Below, one piece after another: positions 53,911 through 63,926 of a stretch of 64,000 bases of DNA; the first letter of the stretch is position 1; each line of letters begins with the position of its first letter. A program made the translations under genes and the position numbers. The stretch lies in NCBI GenBank assembly GCA_035271645.1, contig DATERJ010000012.1, forward strand, positions 28,964 through 92,963, in the 5' to 3' direction. Origin of the DNA: Candidatus Dojkabacteria bacterium. GTDB taxonomy: Bacteria > Patescibacteriota > Dojkabacteria > SC72. The notes beneath the pieces are model-generated. The model was given only the letters and a program-made list of their open reading frames with translations, ran no database searches and was not told the DNA's origin.

Positions 53911-54596
53911 AAAAAGGGAGACTTTTTGTTGTAGCTACACCGATTGGCAATCTTGAAGATATTACATTTAGGGCTGTGGATATATTAAAGAGTGTGCCTT
54001 TTGTATTAGCAGAGGATACCAGGGAGAGCAAAAAACTTTTTGATAGGTATGGGATTGAAACCATGTTGATATCGTACAGAGATCAAAATCATGAAAGAAT
54101 GATAGGCAAGATTTACGAAAAATTAAATATGGGATTGGATTTAGCACTGATTTCTGATGCAGGAACCCCACTAATCTCTGATCCGGGATACAAATTGGTG
54201 AAAGAATTAAGAGAGGAAGGTTATGAAGTTATCTCAATACCAGGTGCTTCAGCTGTGACAGCTGCCCTTTCTGTTAGTGGACTACCTACAGATAGATTTG
54301 TGTTTTTAGGGTTTTTACCAAAGAGTGAAAGCAAGAGGGAGAAGTTAATTGAGCAATACAAGGAGTTGGAGAATACCATTGTGATATATGAGTCGCCACA
54401 TAGGTTGAGTAAGTTGCTAAAGCTAATGTTAGGAATGTGTGGAGATATTAGGGTATTCCTTGCAAAAGATATTTCCAAGATGAGAGAGGAGAGTTTTAGT
54501 GGTAGTATATCTGAAGTTATTTCTGAATTTGAGTTAAGAAATTTTGATGAAAACCCTCATGGTGAGTTTGTTTGTATATTTAGCAAAGAAGTTTAG
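53907..54596 (+). CDS. rsmI: 16S rRNA (cytidine1402-2'-O)-methyltransferase RsmI (tetrapyrrole-methylase fold)
   Basis: 229 aa. LFVVATPIGNLEDIT...AEDTR. ATGA overlap with truB. Confidence 0.85.
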   Translation: MKKGRLFVVATPIGNLEDITFRAVDILKSVPFVLAEDTRESKKLFDRYGIETMLISYRDQNHERMIGKIYEKLNMGLDLALISDAGTPLISDPGYKLVKELREEGYEVISIPGASAVTAALSVSGLPTDRFVFLGFLPKSESKREKLIEQYKELENTIVIYESPHRLSKLLKLMLGMCGDIRVFLAKDISKMREESFSGSISEVISEFELRNFDENPHGEFVCIFSKEV

Positions 54597-55486
54597 GACT
54601 TTAGGAAAAGTTGTTGGTAATTTTCATCTGTAATTGCTTCAAGTTTTTCCATTGATATGTTTTTTATCTCACAAGCAACTTGCATAATTTCTCTGATATG
54701 TTTTGGTTGTGCAAACTTTTGCTTGATACTCTTCTTTTTTCTTACAGATTGAGGTGGTAAGAAAGGTCCATCTGTTTCAAAGAGGATTCTTTCTACTGGT
54801 GTTTTCTTTAAGATTTCTCTTACATTCTCTCCACTTTTGTATGTAATGATTGCATTAAATCCTACATGGAATCCTAAGGCCAGTATCTGTTCTAATTGTT
54901 CCAAGCTTCCTGTGTAGCTGTGGAAAGACCCTTGAAGAAGTCCTTTACCCTCTTCTGCCACTATTCTAATGGTATCATCTATACATTCATTGCTCCCCAT
55001 TTGGTCTCTAGCATGAATGCTTAGTGGTAAGGAGTTTTCTAAAGCTAGGTGAATTTCTTCTTGTAACATTAATTTCTGAACTTCTTTTAATTGTTCTTTA
55101 GTGTCATCAGAATATGTTTGATTGATTGAGAATTGATAGTAGTCTAATCCACATTCACCAATTGCAGAAATCTCCTCTTTGTTTTTGTTAAAAATCTCAA
55201 TGAACTTCTTCCTTTCCTTTTGTGATTTTTCATAGATATTGTCTTCCAAGTCTCTCTGTACTGTAACTTCCTCAAAGTATGTTGGGTGAAGCCCAATGGC
55301 TACTTGCATAACATTGTTTTGTATGAGGTTGGCTCTTTTTGCAATTTTGAAGTTGTCATCAAAGTCTAGCATGTCTGTTCCTTGTGTGAGTATATGTTTA
55401 CCACCTTCATTAACAAAGTCTCTTACTATTTCATCTAGATTGGTTTTTAATGGCTCCATCGCCATGTGTATGTGTGAGTCATGCAT
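54593..55486 (-). CDS. tatD: TatD-family metal-dependent hydrolase/DNase
   Basis: 297 aa. MHDSHIHM, GECGLDYY, FHSYTG, ETDGPFLPP. Confidence 0.85.
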   Translation of the reverse strand: MHDSHIHMAMEPLKTNLDEIVRDFVNEGGKHILTQGTDMLDFDDNFKIAKRANLIQNNVMQVAIGLHPTYFEEVTVQRDLEDNIYEKSQKERKKFIEIFNKNKEEISAIGECGLDYYQFSINQTYSDDTKEQLKEVQKLMLQEEIHLALENSLPLSIHARDQMGSNECIDDTIRIVAEEGKGLLQGSFHSYTGSLEQLEQILALGFHVGFNAIITYKSGENVREILKKTPVERILFETDGPFLPPQSVRKKKSIKQKFAQPKHIREIMQVACEIKNISMEKLEAITDENYQQLFLKS

Positions 55487-55539
55487 GAAAATATTTTACC
55501 ACATATTAAAATTGAAAAATGTGGTAGAATTATACTGTA

Positions 55540-56241
55540 ATGGAAAAACCAAGGAGAGTGAATTGGATTATGGTTATTACTGGTGTCCTGTTTCTAGTAT
55601 CAGTTGGTGTTTTGGGATACAAACTTTTTTCAGGGGAGGAAGTAACATCGTGTTCTTTCGAAGGTGGTGAGGTTGATTACGGCAAAGAGGTGATTTCTGC
55701 TAAAGGGGAGAGGTGTGTTTGTGGAGATAAGAGGAAGATGGTTTGTCAGGGGGAAGAAAGTAATGGAGAACAGGAGTCATTTTCTACGGAGGGTTTGGTC
55801 TTTGAGTATAGCTATTTGAATACAGTTGTAGGTGATTCTCCTAACATATCTAGAGTTTTACCAATTGATATCAATCAGAATGAAGGGGAATTGGAAGTTA
55901 TTCTTGAGAGAGAAAGTTGGTGTAGTGAAGATTTTGAAGCTTCAAGTCAGGTTGGGTATTATGAAAAGTATTCTGACAAGTTAGTACTATCAACGATAAC
56001 GAGTAGTGATGCAGAGAAATTTAATATTCCTTGTGTGGTATCTAATACCTTTAAGATTGCAAATTTTGATATAGAGGATGTAGAGGATTTTGAAATATAT
56101 TATCGTAATGAAAAAGGTAAAGAGTTTGACCTCATGGCTTGTTCTTACAATGGCGTATTGTATGGTGAGGGTGATGTTTTTGCGAGTAACTCGAATGAGG
56201 CAGTATGCAGTTGTGAGCAAGGAAAAGTTGCTTGTGAGTAG
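55540..56241 (+). CDS. hypothetical Cys-rich, acidic membrane-anchored/secreted protein
   Basis: 233 aa. N-terminal signal-anchor helix. About 14 Cys. Confidence 0.45.
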   Translation: MEKPRRVNWIMVITGVLFLVSVGVLGYKLFSGEEVTSCSFEGGEVDYGKEVISAKGERCVCGDKRKMVCQGEESNGEQESFSTEGLVFEYSYLNTVVGDSPNISRVLPIDINQNEGELEVILERESWCSEDFEASSQVGYYEKYSDKLVLSTITSSDAEKFNIPCVVSNTFKIANFDIEDVEDFEIYYRNEKGKEFDLMACSYNGVLYGEGDVFASNSNEAVCSCEQGKVACE

Positions 56242-57267
56242 TTAGAGTACTATTCCAACGTATAGCCCTACGATACAAGCTGCAAGTGCAAAGAGCCAAA
56301 ATCTCATTACTACTTTGTATTGTGGCCATCCATTAGCTTGGAAGTGATGGTGTATCGGTGCAATTTTGAAGACTCTTTTCTTAAAGAATCTTAGGCTGAC
56401 AATCTGTATTAAGCTTGAAGCCATAATACCCCATGTGATTGATGACATGATGAAATATGGAATGAGGTTGTTTGTTATCAGTCCGATGTAGAACATTGCA
56501 AAACCAAGTGGCATAGCTCCAGGTCCACCATTCCAGAATCTTGCAGGAGGGATATTGAAGTAAAGGTCAATGATTTTAACACCGAGCATGATAGCTAGTA
56601 TTGGGACAAACTCGTATTGTTGTTGTACGAGAAGTAGGATTGTCATAAATATGTTAATTATCATAAAGATTCCGACCATTAAACCATCTGCACCATCAGT
56701 TAGTTCTGCAGAATATATTGCAAACTGCCCTACTACTCCACTAATTGCTGCAACAAGAGGTGTGAAGTTAATGACAAGTCCACTCCATGGAGTTAACTCC
56801 TTTAGATGGCCAGTTTTTTGTAGAAGTAACATTACTCCAATATTCATTAGTATTGAAAAAAATAACTTTGCTAATCTCCACCCGAAGGTTTCTTGGAAGG
56901 CTCTCATTTTCTCATTATTCTTAAAGCCATTTGTAAAAATGACAACATCAATTAGCCCCCATATACCAAAGAGAATAAATCCTATTAAGAATACTCTGAC
57001 AAGTTCAGATATGGGAATTGTGAAAAGTATGATTGTTGGGACAATGATGAGTATCATTAAACCTCCCATATTTGGTGTTCCATTTGTAGTTGTTGTCTTC
57101 ATGATTTTCATGAAGAGAGAGTTATCCCCATCTCCTATCTTTGTTTTCTTTATCCCACTAACTTGATTCAATTTGTATAACAGGGAAATCATTATTGGAG
57201 CAAATACTATAGATACTCCAACTGCTAGGAATAGTAATTCTAAACTTTTCTTTAAAACATCTGCCAT
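56242..57267 (-). CDS. mraY: phospho-N-acetylmuramoyl-pentapeptide-transferase
   Basis: 341 aa. NGTPNMGG, LTDGADGL, APIHHHF..GW. Confidence 0.9.
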   Translation of the reverse strand: MADVLKKSLELLFLAVGVSIVFAPIMISLLYKLNQVSGIKKTKIGDGDNSLFMKIMKTTTTNGTPNMGGLMILIIVPTIILFTIPISELVRVFLIGFILFGIWGLIDVVIFTNGFKNNEKMRAFQETFGWRLAKLFFSILMNIGVMLLLQKTGHLKELTPWSGLVINFTPLVAAISGVVGQFAIYSAELTDGADGLMVGIFMIINIFMTILLLVQQQYEFVPILAIMLGVKIIDLYFNIPPARFWNGGPGAMPLGFAMFYIGLITNNLIPYFIMSSITWGIMASSLIQIVSLRFFKKRVFKIAPIHHHFQANGWPQYKVVMRFWLFALAACIVGLYVGIVL

Positions 57268-57301
57268 TTGTTAGAACAAATAAGGTTAACTATTTATTAT
57301 C

Positions 57302-59158
57302 TCAATTTCTCTTCTTAATTTCCATATCATCTGCAATTTCTAAGAAAATGTCTCGCCAGACTGGTACAGTAGTTAATGAAGCAAAGTTTGCAATCTGTGG
57401 TTCTTCTAGTCTTACAATCATTAGCATTTTAGGGTCTTCTGCTGGGGCAAAACCAATTACTGTATCATTGGTGTAATCTGTTTTGTATCCAGCTTCGCCT
57501 TGTTTTGCAATCTGTGCTGTTCCTGTTTTAGCAGCAATTGAATAGTTGCGGAGTTCTCTTCCTAACCCTCCAAGTAGTCCATTGTCGACTGCCTTTTTCA
57601 TAGCATCTCTAACAATATTTGCATTTTCTGCAGACACAGGTTGTGAGAGAATTTGTGGCTTTGTTTTTATTGTTTCATTTTCATCTGTAATTTCTTCTAT
57701 AATGTATGGTCTCATCCTAACTCCTTCGTTTGCAAGTGCACTAAATGCTGATACTGCTTGGAGTGAGGTCGCAGAGATGGCTTGTCCATATGATGATGTA
57801 ATGACATCTAATTTGGTCCAATATTTAAATGGTTTGAGGAAGCTAGTTGCCTCATCTTGAAGTCCTATTCCTATAAACTTGCCTATTCCAAAATCTTGTA
57901 ATGCTTTGTAATATTTTTCAGCATCAATTTCTAGCCCCATTCTTGCAGCACATGGATTATTTGATGTTTTAAATATTTCAGCCATGTCTAATTTCCCAGC
58001 TGCTCTTTTGTTCCAAGTATATACTTTTGAACCTTTCAAATCAGCATACCCAGTAGCTTTGTATAAATCTAGATAACCCGTATTATCAAGGCATTGGTAA
58101 TCTTTTGTTATCGCTCCATTTTCTAGTGCAATTGCTGCTGTAATTGGTTTTTGGATAGAACCGTATTCGTAGACATCTGCTACCGCTTTGTTTTTTAACA
58201 CCCATGCTTCTGGGGCTCGCCAGTATTCTGCAGGATTGTATGTTGGGTAGTTTGCCATAACTAAAATCGCTCCTGTCTTAGGGTCCATTATTATAACTGA
58301 ACCACTTTTTGCTCTGGTATGCTTTACGCCCTCTTCTAATATTTTCTCAACCTTGCTTTGGAGGTTTGGCACTATTGTTAATTTAAAATCTTTTCCTTCT
58401 CTGGGCAATACAGGTAAATATTCGGAGGTTAAAATAACATTACCGGCGGAGTCTTTCTCTTCATATGAGTATCCTTGTCGGCCGTTAATATCACCAAAAT
58501 AGTAGCCCTGTATACCGTACTGTCCAACAGATTCTCCTTCTGCATCTTGCCCTATGAATCCTAGTACATGTGCAGCTAATGTGTTGTTAGGATAGATTCT
58601 TCTCTCCCTCCTTTCGAAATGTAGTCCAAATCCTCTTGTGTTCTTTCCAAAAATCTCAAGGATTTCTAGGGCTTTTTTCTTCTCTGTAGAAACATCTTTT
58701 TGTATAGGGGCATATACAAAGTCTTCTGTAAGTTTAGATTCTACCTCTTCTTTTGTAATTCCTAGTATCCCAGACACTTCTGTGGCAAAAGCTTCTTTGT
58801 TATCAAAAAAAAGCTTTCTTTCTTTTTCATCCTTGCTGAGTGTTGCATAGACATCCCAAACAGGCTCATCAACAGCTAAGACTGTATTATCTGCTGCAGT
58901 TACTTTTCCTCGAGGTGCTACAGAGATATGGGTTGCTCTGTACTGTTCTTGGGACATATCTTTGAACTTTGAAGCATAGATAATCTGCCACCTAAAAGCC
59001 TGTGTTATTACAACAACTGCAAGTATGATTATTCCCACGACAAGAATCTTCAGACTGTTAAAACCCTTGTTCTTCTTCGATTTGGAGGTAAAACCCATTC
59101 TACGTTTTCTTGGATGACCACTTAGGTTTACTTTGTGTATGTGTGACAGGCTAGCCAT
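57302..59158 (-). CDS. ftsI: class B penicillin-binding protein (FtsI/PBP2-type transpeptidase)
   Basis: 618 aa. N-terminal TM. SxxK SIQK. KTGT. Dimerisation domain upstream. Confidence 0.85.
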   Translation of the reverse strand: MASLSHIHKVNLSGHPRKRRMGFTSKSKKNKGFNSLKILVVGIIILAVVVITQAFRWQIIYASKFKDMSQEQYRATHISVAPRGKVTAADNTVLAVDEPVWDVYATLSKDEKERKLFFDNKEAFATEVSGILGITKEEVESKLTEDFVYAPIQKDVSTEKKKALEILEIFGKNTRGFGLHFERRERRIYPNNTLAAHVLGFIGQDAEGESVGQYGIQGYYFGDINGRQGYSYEEKDSAGNVILTSEYLPVLPREGKDFKLTIVPNLQSKVEKILEEGVKHTRAKSGSVIIMDPKTGAILVMANYPTYNPAEYWRAPEAWVLKNKAVADVYEYGSIQKPITAAIALENGAITKDYQCLDNTGYLDLYKATGYADLKGSKVYTWNKRAAGKLDMAEIFKTSNNPCAARMGLEIDAEKYYKALQDFGIGKFIGIGLQDEATSFLKPFKYWTKLDVITSSYGQAISATSLQAVSAFSALANEGVRMRPYIIEEITDENETIKTKPQILSQPVSAENANIVRDAMKKAVDNGLLGGLGRELRNYSIAAKTGTAQIAKQGEAGYKTDYTNDTVIGFAPAEDPKMLMIVRLEEPQIANFASLTTVPVWRDIFLEIADDMEIKKRN

Positions 59159-59160
59159 AG

Positions 59161-59466
59161 TTACTTGTTTGCGACAACAGATGTCTCTTGCAAGTATACA
59201 ACGGTTTTTTGATTTGATGAAGACAATGAAAGAGACTTGTCTGCTAATTGTCGTATTACTGTAATTGAATTACTCTTTGCAATCTCTTCTTCCATTCCCC
59301 TGTTTTCTTCAACAAGGTAGTTCTTTTCACTGTTTAATTTTTGTAGTTCTGTTCCAAGAGGAGCAAGGATAGAGTTTGCGACCAGTTGAGAGAGAATGAA
59401 TGCAAGTAGTGAGAAAATGAAGAGTGTAGTACATATATTTTGCTTTATTTTACTAATAATTTTCAC
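59161..59466 (-). CDS. ftsL: cell division protein FtsL-like (single TM + coiled coil)
   Basis: 101 aa. Position between rsmH and ftsI. TM helix LFIFSLLAFILSQLV followed by a heptad-like segment. Confidence 0.55.
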   Translation of the reverse strand: MKIISKIKQNICTTLFIFSLLAFILSQLVANSILAPLGTELQKLNSEKNYLVEENRGMEEEIAKSNSITVIRQLADKSLSLSSSNQKTVVYLQETSVVANK

Positions 59467-59474
59467 AGAATCTT

Positions 59475-60371
59475 TTAATTTTTAATTAATGTTCTTAATT
59501 TGGCAGAAGCGGAGCGAGGATTTGAAATTCTCTCTTCATCGGTTGGGGCAATGTGTTTTGAAAAAAGCAAATTCCCTTCTCCGCTTCTCGATTTTTCTAA
59601 ATTAAAGTTTTTAACGATGCGATCTTCTAATGAATGGAATGTAATTACTGAGAGTCTTCCATTCTTGTTTAAGATCTCAAAAGATTTATCTAATGCCTTC
59701 TCTAAACTACCCAACTCATCGTTTACCACGATTCGCAGGGCCTGAAAGACCCTGCGAGAAGGGTTCTTAGTAAAGGAGTTCTCAGCAGCCGGTACTGCTT
59801 TGTAGATAAGTCTTGTAAGATCTCCAACTGTATTGATATTAGAGATGTTCTTTTTGATTTCTTTGGCAATTCTTTGTGCATATCTTTCTTCTCCATATGT
59901 CCAGAAGATTCTAGCTAGTTCTTTCTCTGAGAGTACATTTAGTAAATCTTTTGCTGTTACTCCTAATCCTTCATCCATTCTCATGTCTAAAGGTTCTTTT
60001 TCTTCTTGGTAGCTAAATCCTCTGTTGTGAGATTCTTCTAGTTGTCTTGAAGAAAGACCAATATCAAGTAGTATTCCATCTGGTTGTCTACCTTTTCCAA
60101 ATTCTTTTACAACTTTATCAATCTTGGAAAAGTTAGACTTAACGATTATCCAGTTATCAAGGATTGATTCTTTGTAGTACTCTTTAACAAAATCAATTGC
60201 ATGTTGGTCTTGGTCTATGCTGATTAAGAGTCCTTTTGGTGAGAGCCTTTTGAGAATCTCAAAACTATGCCCACCATCACCTAGTGTTCCATCAATGTAA
60301 AAGCCATCCTCTTTTATTGCTAAGGAATCAATCGTTTCATTAAGAAGTACTGGAATATGAATCTTATCCAT
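59475..60371 (-). CDS. rsmH: 16S rRNA (cytosine1402-N4)-methyltransferase RsmH (MraW)
   Basis: 298 aa. HIPVLL.E, DGTLGDGGHS, VITFHSLEDRIVK. Confidence 0.9.
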   Translation of the reverse strand: MDKIHIPVLLNETIDSLAIKEDGFYIDGTLGDGGHSFEILKRLSPKGLLISIDQDQHAIDFVKEYYKESILDNWIIVKSNFSKIDKVVKEFGKGRQPDGILLDIGLSSRQLEESHNRGFSYQEEKEPLDMRMDEGLGVTAKDLLNVLSEKELARIFWTYGEERYAQRIAKEIKKNISNINTVGDLTRLIYKAVPAAENSFTKNPSRRVFQALRIVVNDELGSLEKALDKSFEILNKNGRLSVITFHSLEDRIVKNFNLEKSRSGEGNLLFSKHIAPTDEERISNPRSASAKLRTLIKN

Positions 60372-60807
60372 TCTTACCTTCTGACATCTTACTTATCTCT
60401 TGAGCTATTTCATCTCCATGCTTTTGTAGGTACTCTACTCTTTCTGCCCATTTCTTTGCATCCCAAATTTCAATCCAGTTAACGAGTCCTATGAATACAA
60501 TTTCATCTGTTAAACCTGCATGGTCGAAAAGAGCTTGAGGGATTACAAATCTTCCTTGTCCATCCATCTCAATTTCTTTTGCACTTCCTACTAAGAATCT
60601 ACTTGTATCTCTAATATTTTTATCTGTAAAAGAGCCATTCATTACATCTTTTGCAACATTTTCCCACATTTTCTTGTTTACAAGGATTAGGGCTTCTTCA
60701 TATCCTCTGGTGAGAATTAAATCTTCACCAATCTCTTCCCTAAACTTTGTTGGAAGTGATACTCTTTTCTTTTCTCCTACTTTACTTTTGTATTCTCCGA
60801 TTATCAT
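60364..60807 (-). CDS. mraZ: transcriptional regulator MraZ
   Basis: 147 aa. Two MraZ repeats with DGQGR-like motif (MDGQGRFVIP). First gene of the dcw cluster. Confidence 0.85.
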   Translation of the reverse strand: MIIGEYKSKVGEKKRVSLPTKFREEIGEDLILTRGYEEALILVNKKMWENVAKDVMNGSFTDKNIRDTSRFLVGSAKEIEMDGQGRFVIPQALFDHAGLTDEIVFIGLVNWIEIWDAKKWAERVEYLQKHGDEIAQEISKMSEGKNG

Positions 60808-61002
60808 GTTTTGACTATATCATATTTCACCACTTTCTACCACTTCTTGCCACTAATATAGCTTGGGGGGCTTGGGGTGTCAAGAGAAAAACATTACAGG
60901 CTCGAATATAACACTCTGGGCCACATACTTCTCTAAAAGTAAAGCCATTTTCTATATGTGTGCTCTCCCTATTGTCATCTCCTCTGGAACCGATAGGTTT
61001 TA

Positions 61003-61182
61003 GGTCTGACCTAGGTTAGACCTTCGATTTCCTTCGGTTTTCGCATTGTACAATCGTTTCCTAGTCCAAAGCGCCGTATTTCGGATGAACTTTGTAAGCC
61101 GAAATCAGAAGTGTCCAAACCAACAAACCTTGATAGGTAGGTAGATAGGTATGGAAAACAGGGGACAGATCTGGGACAGACC
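61003..61182. repeat. hairpin-bounded intergenic repeat element, copy C (about 180 nt)
   Basis: Termini GGTCTGACCTAGGTTAGACC ... GGGGACAGATCTGGGACAGACCC. The core is near-identical to the reverse complement of copy A. Confidence 0.55.
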
Positions 61183-61197
61183 CTAAAGATGTTGGGC

Positions 61198-61226
61198 TTG
61201 CTAAATAACGGTAGAAGCAATATATT
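61198..61226 (+). promoter_or_regulatory. candidate murF promoter TTGCTA-17nt-TATATT, beginning 16 nt after the copy C terminus
   Basis: Hexamers and 17-nt spacer read directly. About 25-nt leader to the ATG at 61258. Confidence 0.4.
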
Positions 61227-61257
61227 ATGTTAAGGATAAACTTAGAACTGTACTGCT

Positions 61258-62637
61258 ATGAAGATTTTTCTAAAAGATATTAAGGAGAGATTTCCAGAGT
61301 TTGAGTTTCAAAACTACGATGAAAATGCTTTTTTCACAGGATTCTGTTATGACTCCAGAGATGTCACAGAAGGTGACTTGTATATCCCCATTGTTGGTGA
61401 AAGGTTTGATGGTCATGCTTTTGTTGTTTCCGCTTTAGAGAATGGTTGTTCTGTAAGTTTGTGTGAAAGTACTAAAAAATCTTTTTGTGAGGAAGCAAAT
61501 GGTCCAATAATTCTGGTTGATTCCATTGAGGAAGGGTTAATGAAAATCCTCAACTACTCCATTGGGTATATAAAGAAGCCGGTGGTGGCAATTACAGGTA
61601 GTACAGGAAAGAGTACAACGAGGAGGATGATTGTTCATATAGTTGAGAAGCATCTAAAGGTACTTTCCTCAAGTAAGTATAATACTGTGTGGGGGAATGC
61701 AAGGTTGCTTGGTCAATATGCAAATGAAGATGTAATTGTATTGGAATGTGGAATGGATCGAGTTGGAGAGATTGCATGGCATGTTAATTCTGTAGATCCA
61801 GACATAGGTGTTCTTTTGAATGTTTGTGATGTACATGCAGAGAAGGTTGGTGGTATAGAGAATGTGTTTAAGGAGAAGAAAGATTTGGCTGACTATATGG
61901 AGCGAACAGGAAAGCCTCTTGTGTTAAATATTGATGATGAAAGATTGAGACATATTCTGGAGGCATATAACAAGGAGGCACAGTTAATTACATATGGGCA
62001 AAACCCAGAAGCAGATTTTGTCTTAAGTGATATTGTTGTTGACCACGAAGGTACGCATTTTAAGTTTAGATATTATGATGCTAATGTTGTTTCGGTAGAT
62101 TTAAGTGTATATGGAGAGGGTTTTGCATATGATGCCATGGCGGCAATCATTGTAGCTAATGAATTGGGTGTAAGTATTGCTGATTGTGTCAAAAATCTGA
62201 GAGATTATGAAAATCAAGATGGTAGGTTCCAAGTTTTAGAGTATGGAGACCTTGTAATTGTAAATGATGGTTACAATGCTAATCCTGTTTCTATGAAGAT
62301 GGCTTTAGAGACATTTTCTAATCTCTACTTAGAGAACTACTATACTATCGCAATTCTAGGAGATATGAGAGAGCTAGGAGATGTATCAGATGACAGACAC
62401 AAGGAGATTGCTGATTTAGTTAAGGAATATGAGTTTAATGAAGTCTACTTAATTGGTGACCTATGGGGAGATTCGGATGTCGGAGAGAAGATTGCTTCTG
62501 CAGATGAAGTTGCCGCTCTGTTAAATGCTAAATTACAGGGTCTAAAAAACAGGAAGGTTGCAATCCTACTCAAAGGTAGTCATAGACATGGTCTTTATCA
62601 AGTACCAGACTTTCTTAAAAAGCTTGGAGCAGTCTAG
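61258..62637 (+). CDS. murF: UDP-N-acetylmuramoyl-tripeptide--D-alanyl-D-alanine ligase
   Basis: 459 aa. Mur ligase P-loop ITGSTGKSTT. C-terminal Mur_ligase_C. Confidence 0.75.
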   Translation: MKIFLKDIKERFPEFEFQNYDENAFFTGFCYDSRDVTEGDLYIPIVGERFDGHAFVVSALENGCSVSLCESTKKSFCEEANGPIILVDSIEEGLMKILNYSIGYIKKPVVAITGSTGKSTTRRMIVHIVEKHLKVLSSSKYNTVWGNARLLGQYANEDVIVLECGMDRVGEIAWHVNSVDPDIGVLLNVCDVHAEKVGGIENVFKEKKDLADYMERTGKPLVLNIDDERLRHILEAYNKEAQLITYGQNPEADFVLSDIVVDHEGTHFKFRYYDANVVSVDLSVYGEGFAYDAMAAIIVANELGVSIADCVKNLRDYENQDGRFQVLEYGDLVIVNDGYNANPVSMKMALETFSNLYLENYYTIAILGDMRELGDVSDDRHKEIADLVKEYEFNEVYLIGDLWGDSDVGEKIASADEVAALLNAKLQGLKNRKVAILLKGSHRHGLYQVPDFLKKLGAV

Positions 62638-63926
62638 TCAACCCAAGAGATATCTGCACCAAGTTTCTGTAAGTTTTCAACAAAGTTAGGATGTGCTCTT
62701 TTGATTGGGTCTGCATCTCTGATAATGCTCTCACCTTTAATTGTTAGTGCTACCATCATTAGTGCTACAGTTGCTCGGATAATGTTTGGACTGTCAACGG
62801 TTGCAGGTTTTAGAGGTTTGTCTCCAAACACGATTATCCTGAATGGATCACACATCACAATATGTGCTCCGAATTTCATCATTTCAGGAATCCAGAAGAG
62901 TCCTCCTTCGTATAACTTGTTCCAGAACATGATATTACCTTCTGATTTAACAGCAAGAGCTATCATTAGTGGCATTAAATCTACTGGGAAATATGGCCAT
63001 GGAGCTGCCTCTATTTTCTGTAGCATATTCTTTGTGTACGGTTCTTCTATTACAAGTTTCTCTACTGGCTTGACGATTGCAGTTTCTTCTTCATATTCAA
63101 TATCAACACCAAATTTTTTAAATGCTTTGACAATGAGTGGAAAATGCTCTGGTTCCGCCCTGTTTACTCTAACCTCTCCTCCAGTCATTGCACCTAAAGC
63201 AAGAAGTGTTGTAATCTCATGGTGGTCAGAAGAAATTGTGAAATCAGTTCCGTGTAATTCTTTTACTCCTGTAATCTTTAGAGTTGAGGACCCTATTCCT
63301 TCAATTTTTGCACCCATTGAGACAAGGAAGTTACAAAGGTCTTGAACATGTGGCTCAGATGCAGCATTCACCATAGTCGATGTTCCTTCTGCTTTGGATG
63401 CCGCCATTGCGAAGTTCTCTGTTGTTGTGACACTCATATAATCTTGCCAGAGAAATCCACCTTCGAGTCCATTACTTATATCAATCTTTAAGGTTGTCTC
63501 ATCATAAACCTTAGCACCAAGTCCTTGTAGAACCTCAATATGTGGATCTAGCTCTCTAATTCCTAAAGAACATCCCCCTATTTCTTTTCTAACCTCTATC
63601 TTTTTCATTCTTGTAGCTAATGGACCAAGGAGTAGGACTGCACCGCGCATCCCCATTGGAAAACCTTCTTCATCAAATTCATTTTTGAAGTTAGAGTTGT
63701 TAATCTTTAGAACACACTTCTCCTTATTCCAATCAATCTTAGAACCCATTGATTTCATTAGTTCGATAAGTTTGTTGACATCTGTAAGATCAGGCATATT
63801 TCGAATTATGACATCTTCATTTGTAAGGAGTGATGCACAAAGAATTGGTAATGCAGAGTTTTTGTTTCCTGCCGGAGTAATTTCTCCACTTAATACATTG
63901 CCTCCGCGTACTAAAAGGTTTGACAT
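62634..63926 (-). CDS. murA: UDP-N-acetylglucosamine 1-carboxyvinyltransferase
   Basis: 430 aa. EPSP-synthase-fold repeats. Active-site Cys in GGCSLGIRELDPH. Confidence 0.9.
   Translation of the reverse strand: MSNLLVRGGNVLSGEITPAGNKNSALPILCASLLTNEDVIIRNMPDLTDVNKLIELMKSMGSKIDWNKEKCVLKINNSNFKNEFDEEGFPMGMRGAVLLLGPLATRMKKIEVRKEIGGCSLGIRELDPHIEVLQGLGAKVYDETTLKIDISNGLEGGFLWQDYMSVTTTENFAMAASKAEGTSTMVNAASEPHVQDLCNFLVSMGAKIEGIGSSTLKITGVKELHGTDFTISSDHHEITTLLALGAMTGGEVRVNRAEPEHFPLIVKAFKKFGVDIEYEEETAIVKPVEKLVIEEPYTKNMLQKIEAAPWPYFPVDLMPLMIALAVKSEGNIMFWNKLYEGGLFWIPEMMKFGAHIVMCDPFRIIVFGDKPLKPATVDSPNIIRATVALMMVALTIKGESIIRDADPIKRAHPNFVENLQKLGADISWVD

Noticed and set aside
56570-57166. 198-aa plus-strand ORF
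   Set aside because: Antisense within mraY, whose sense frame carries canonical MraY motifs.
62701-63345. 214-aa plus-strand ORF
   Set aside because: Antisense within murA.
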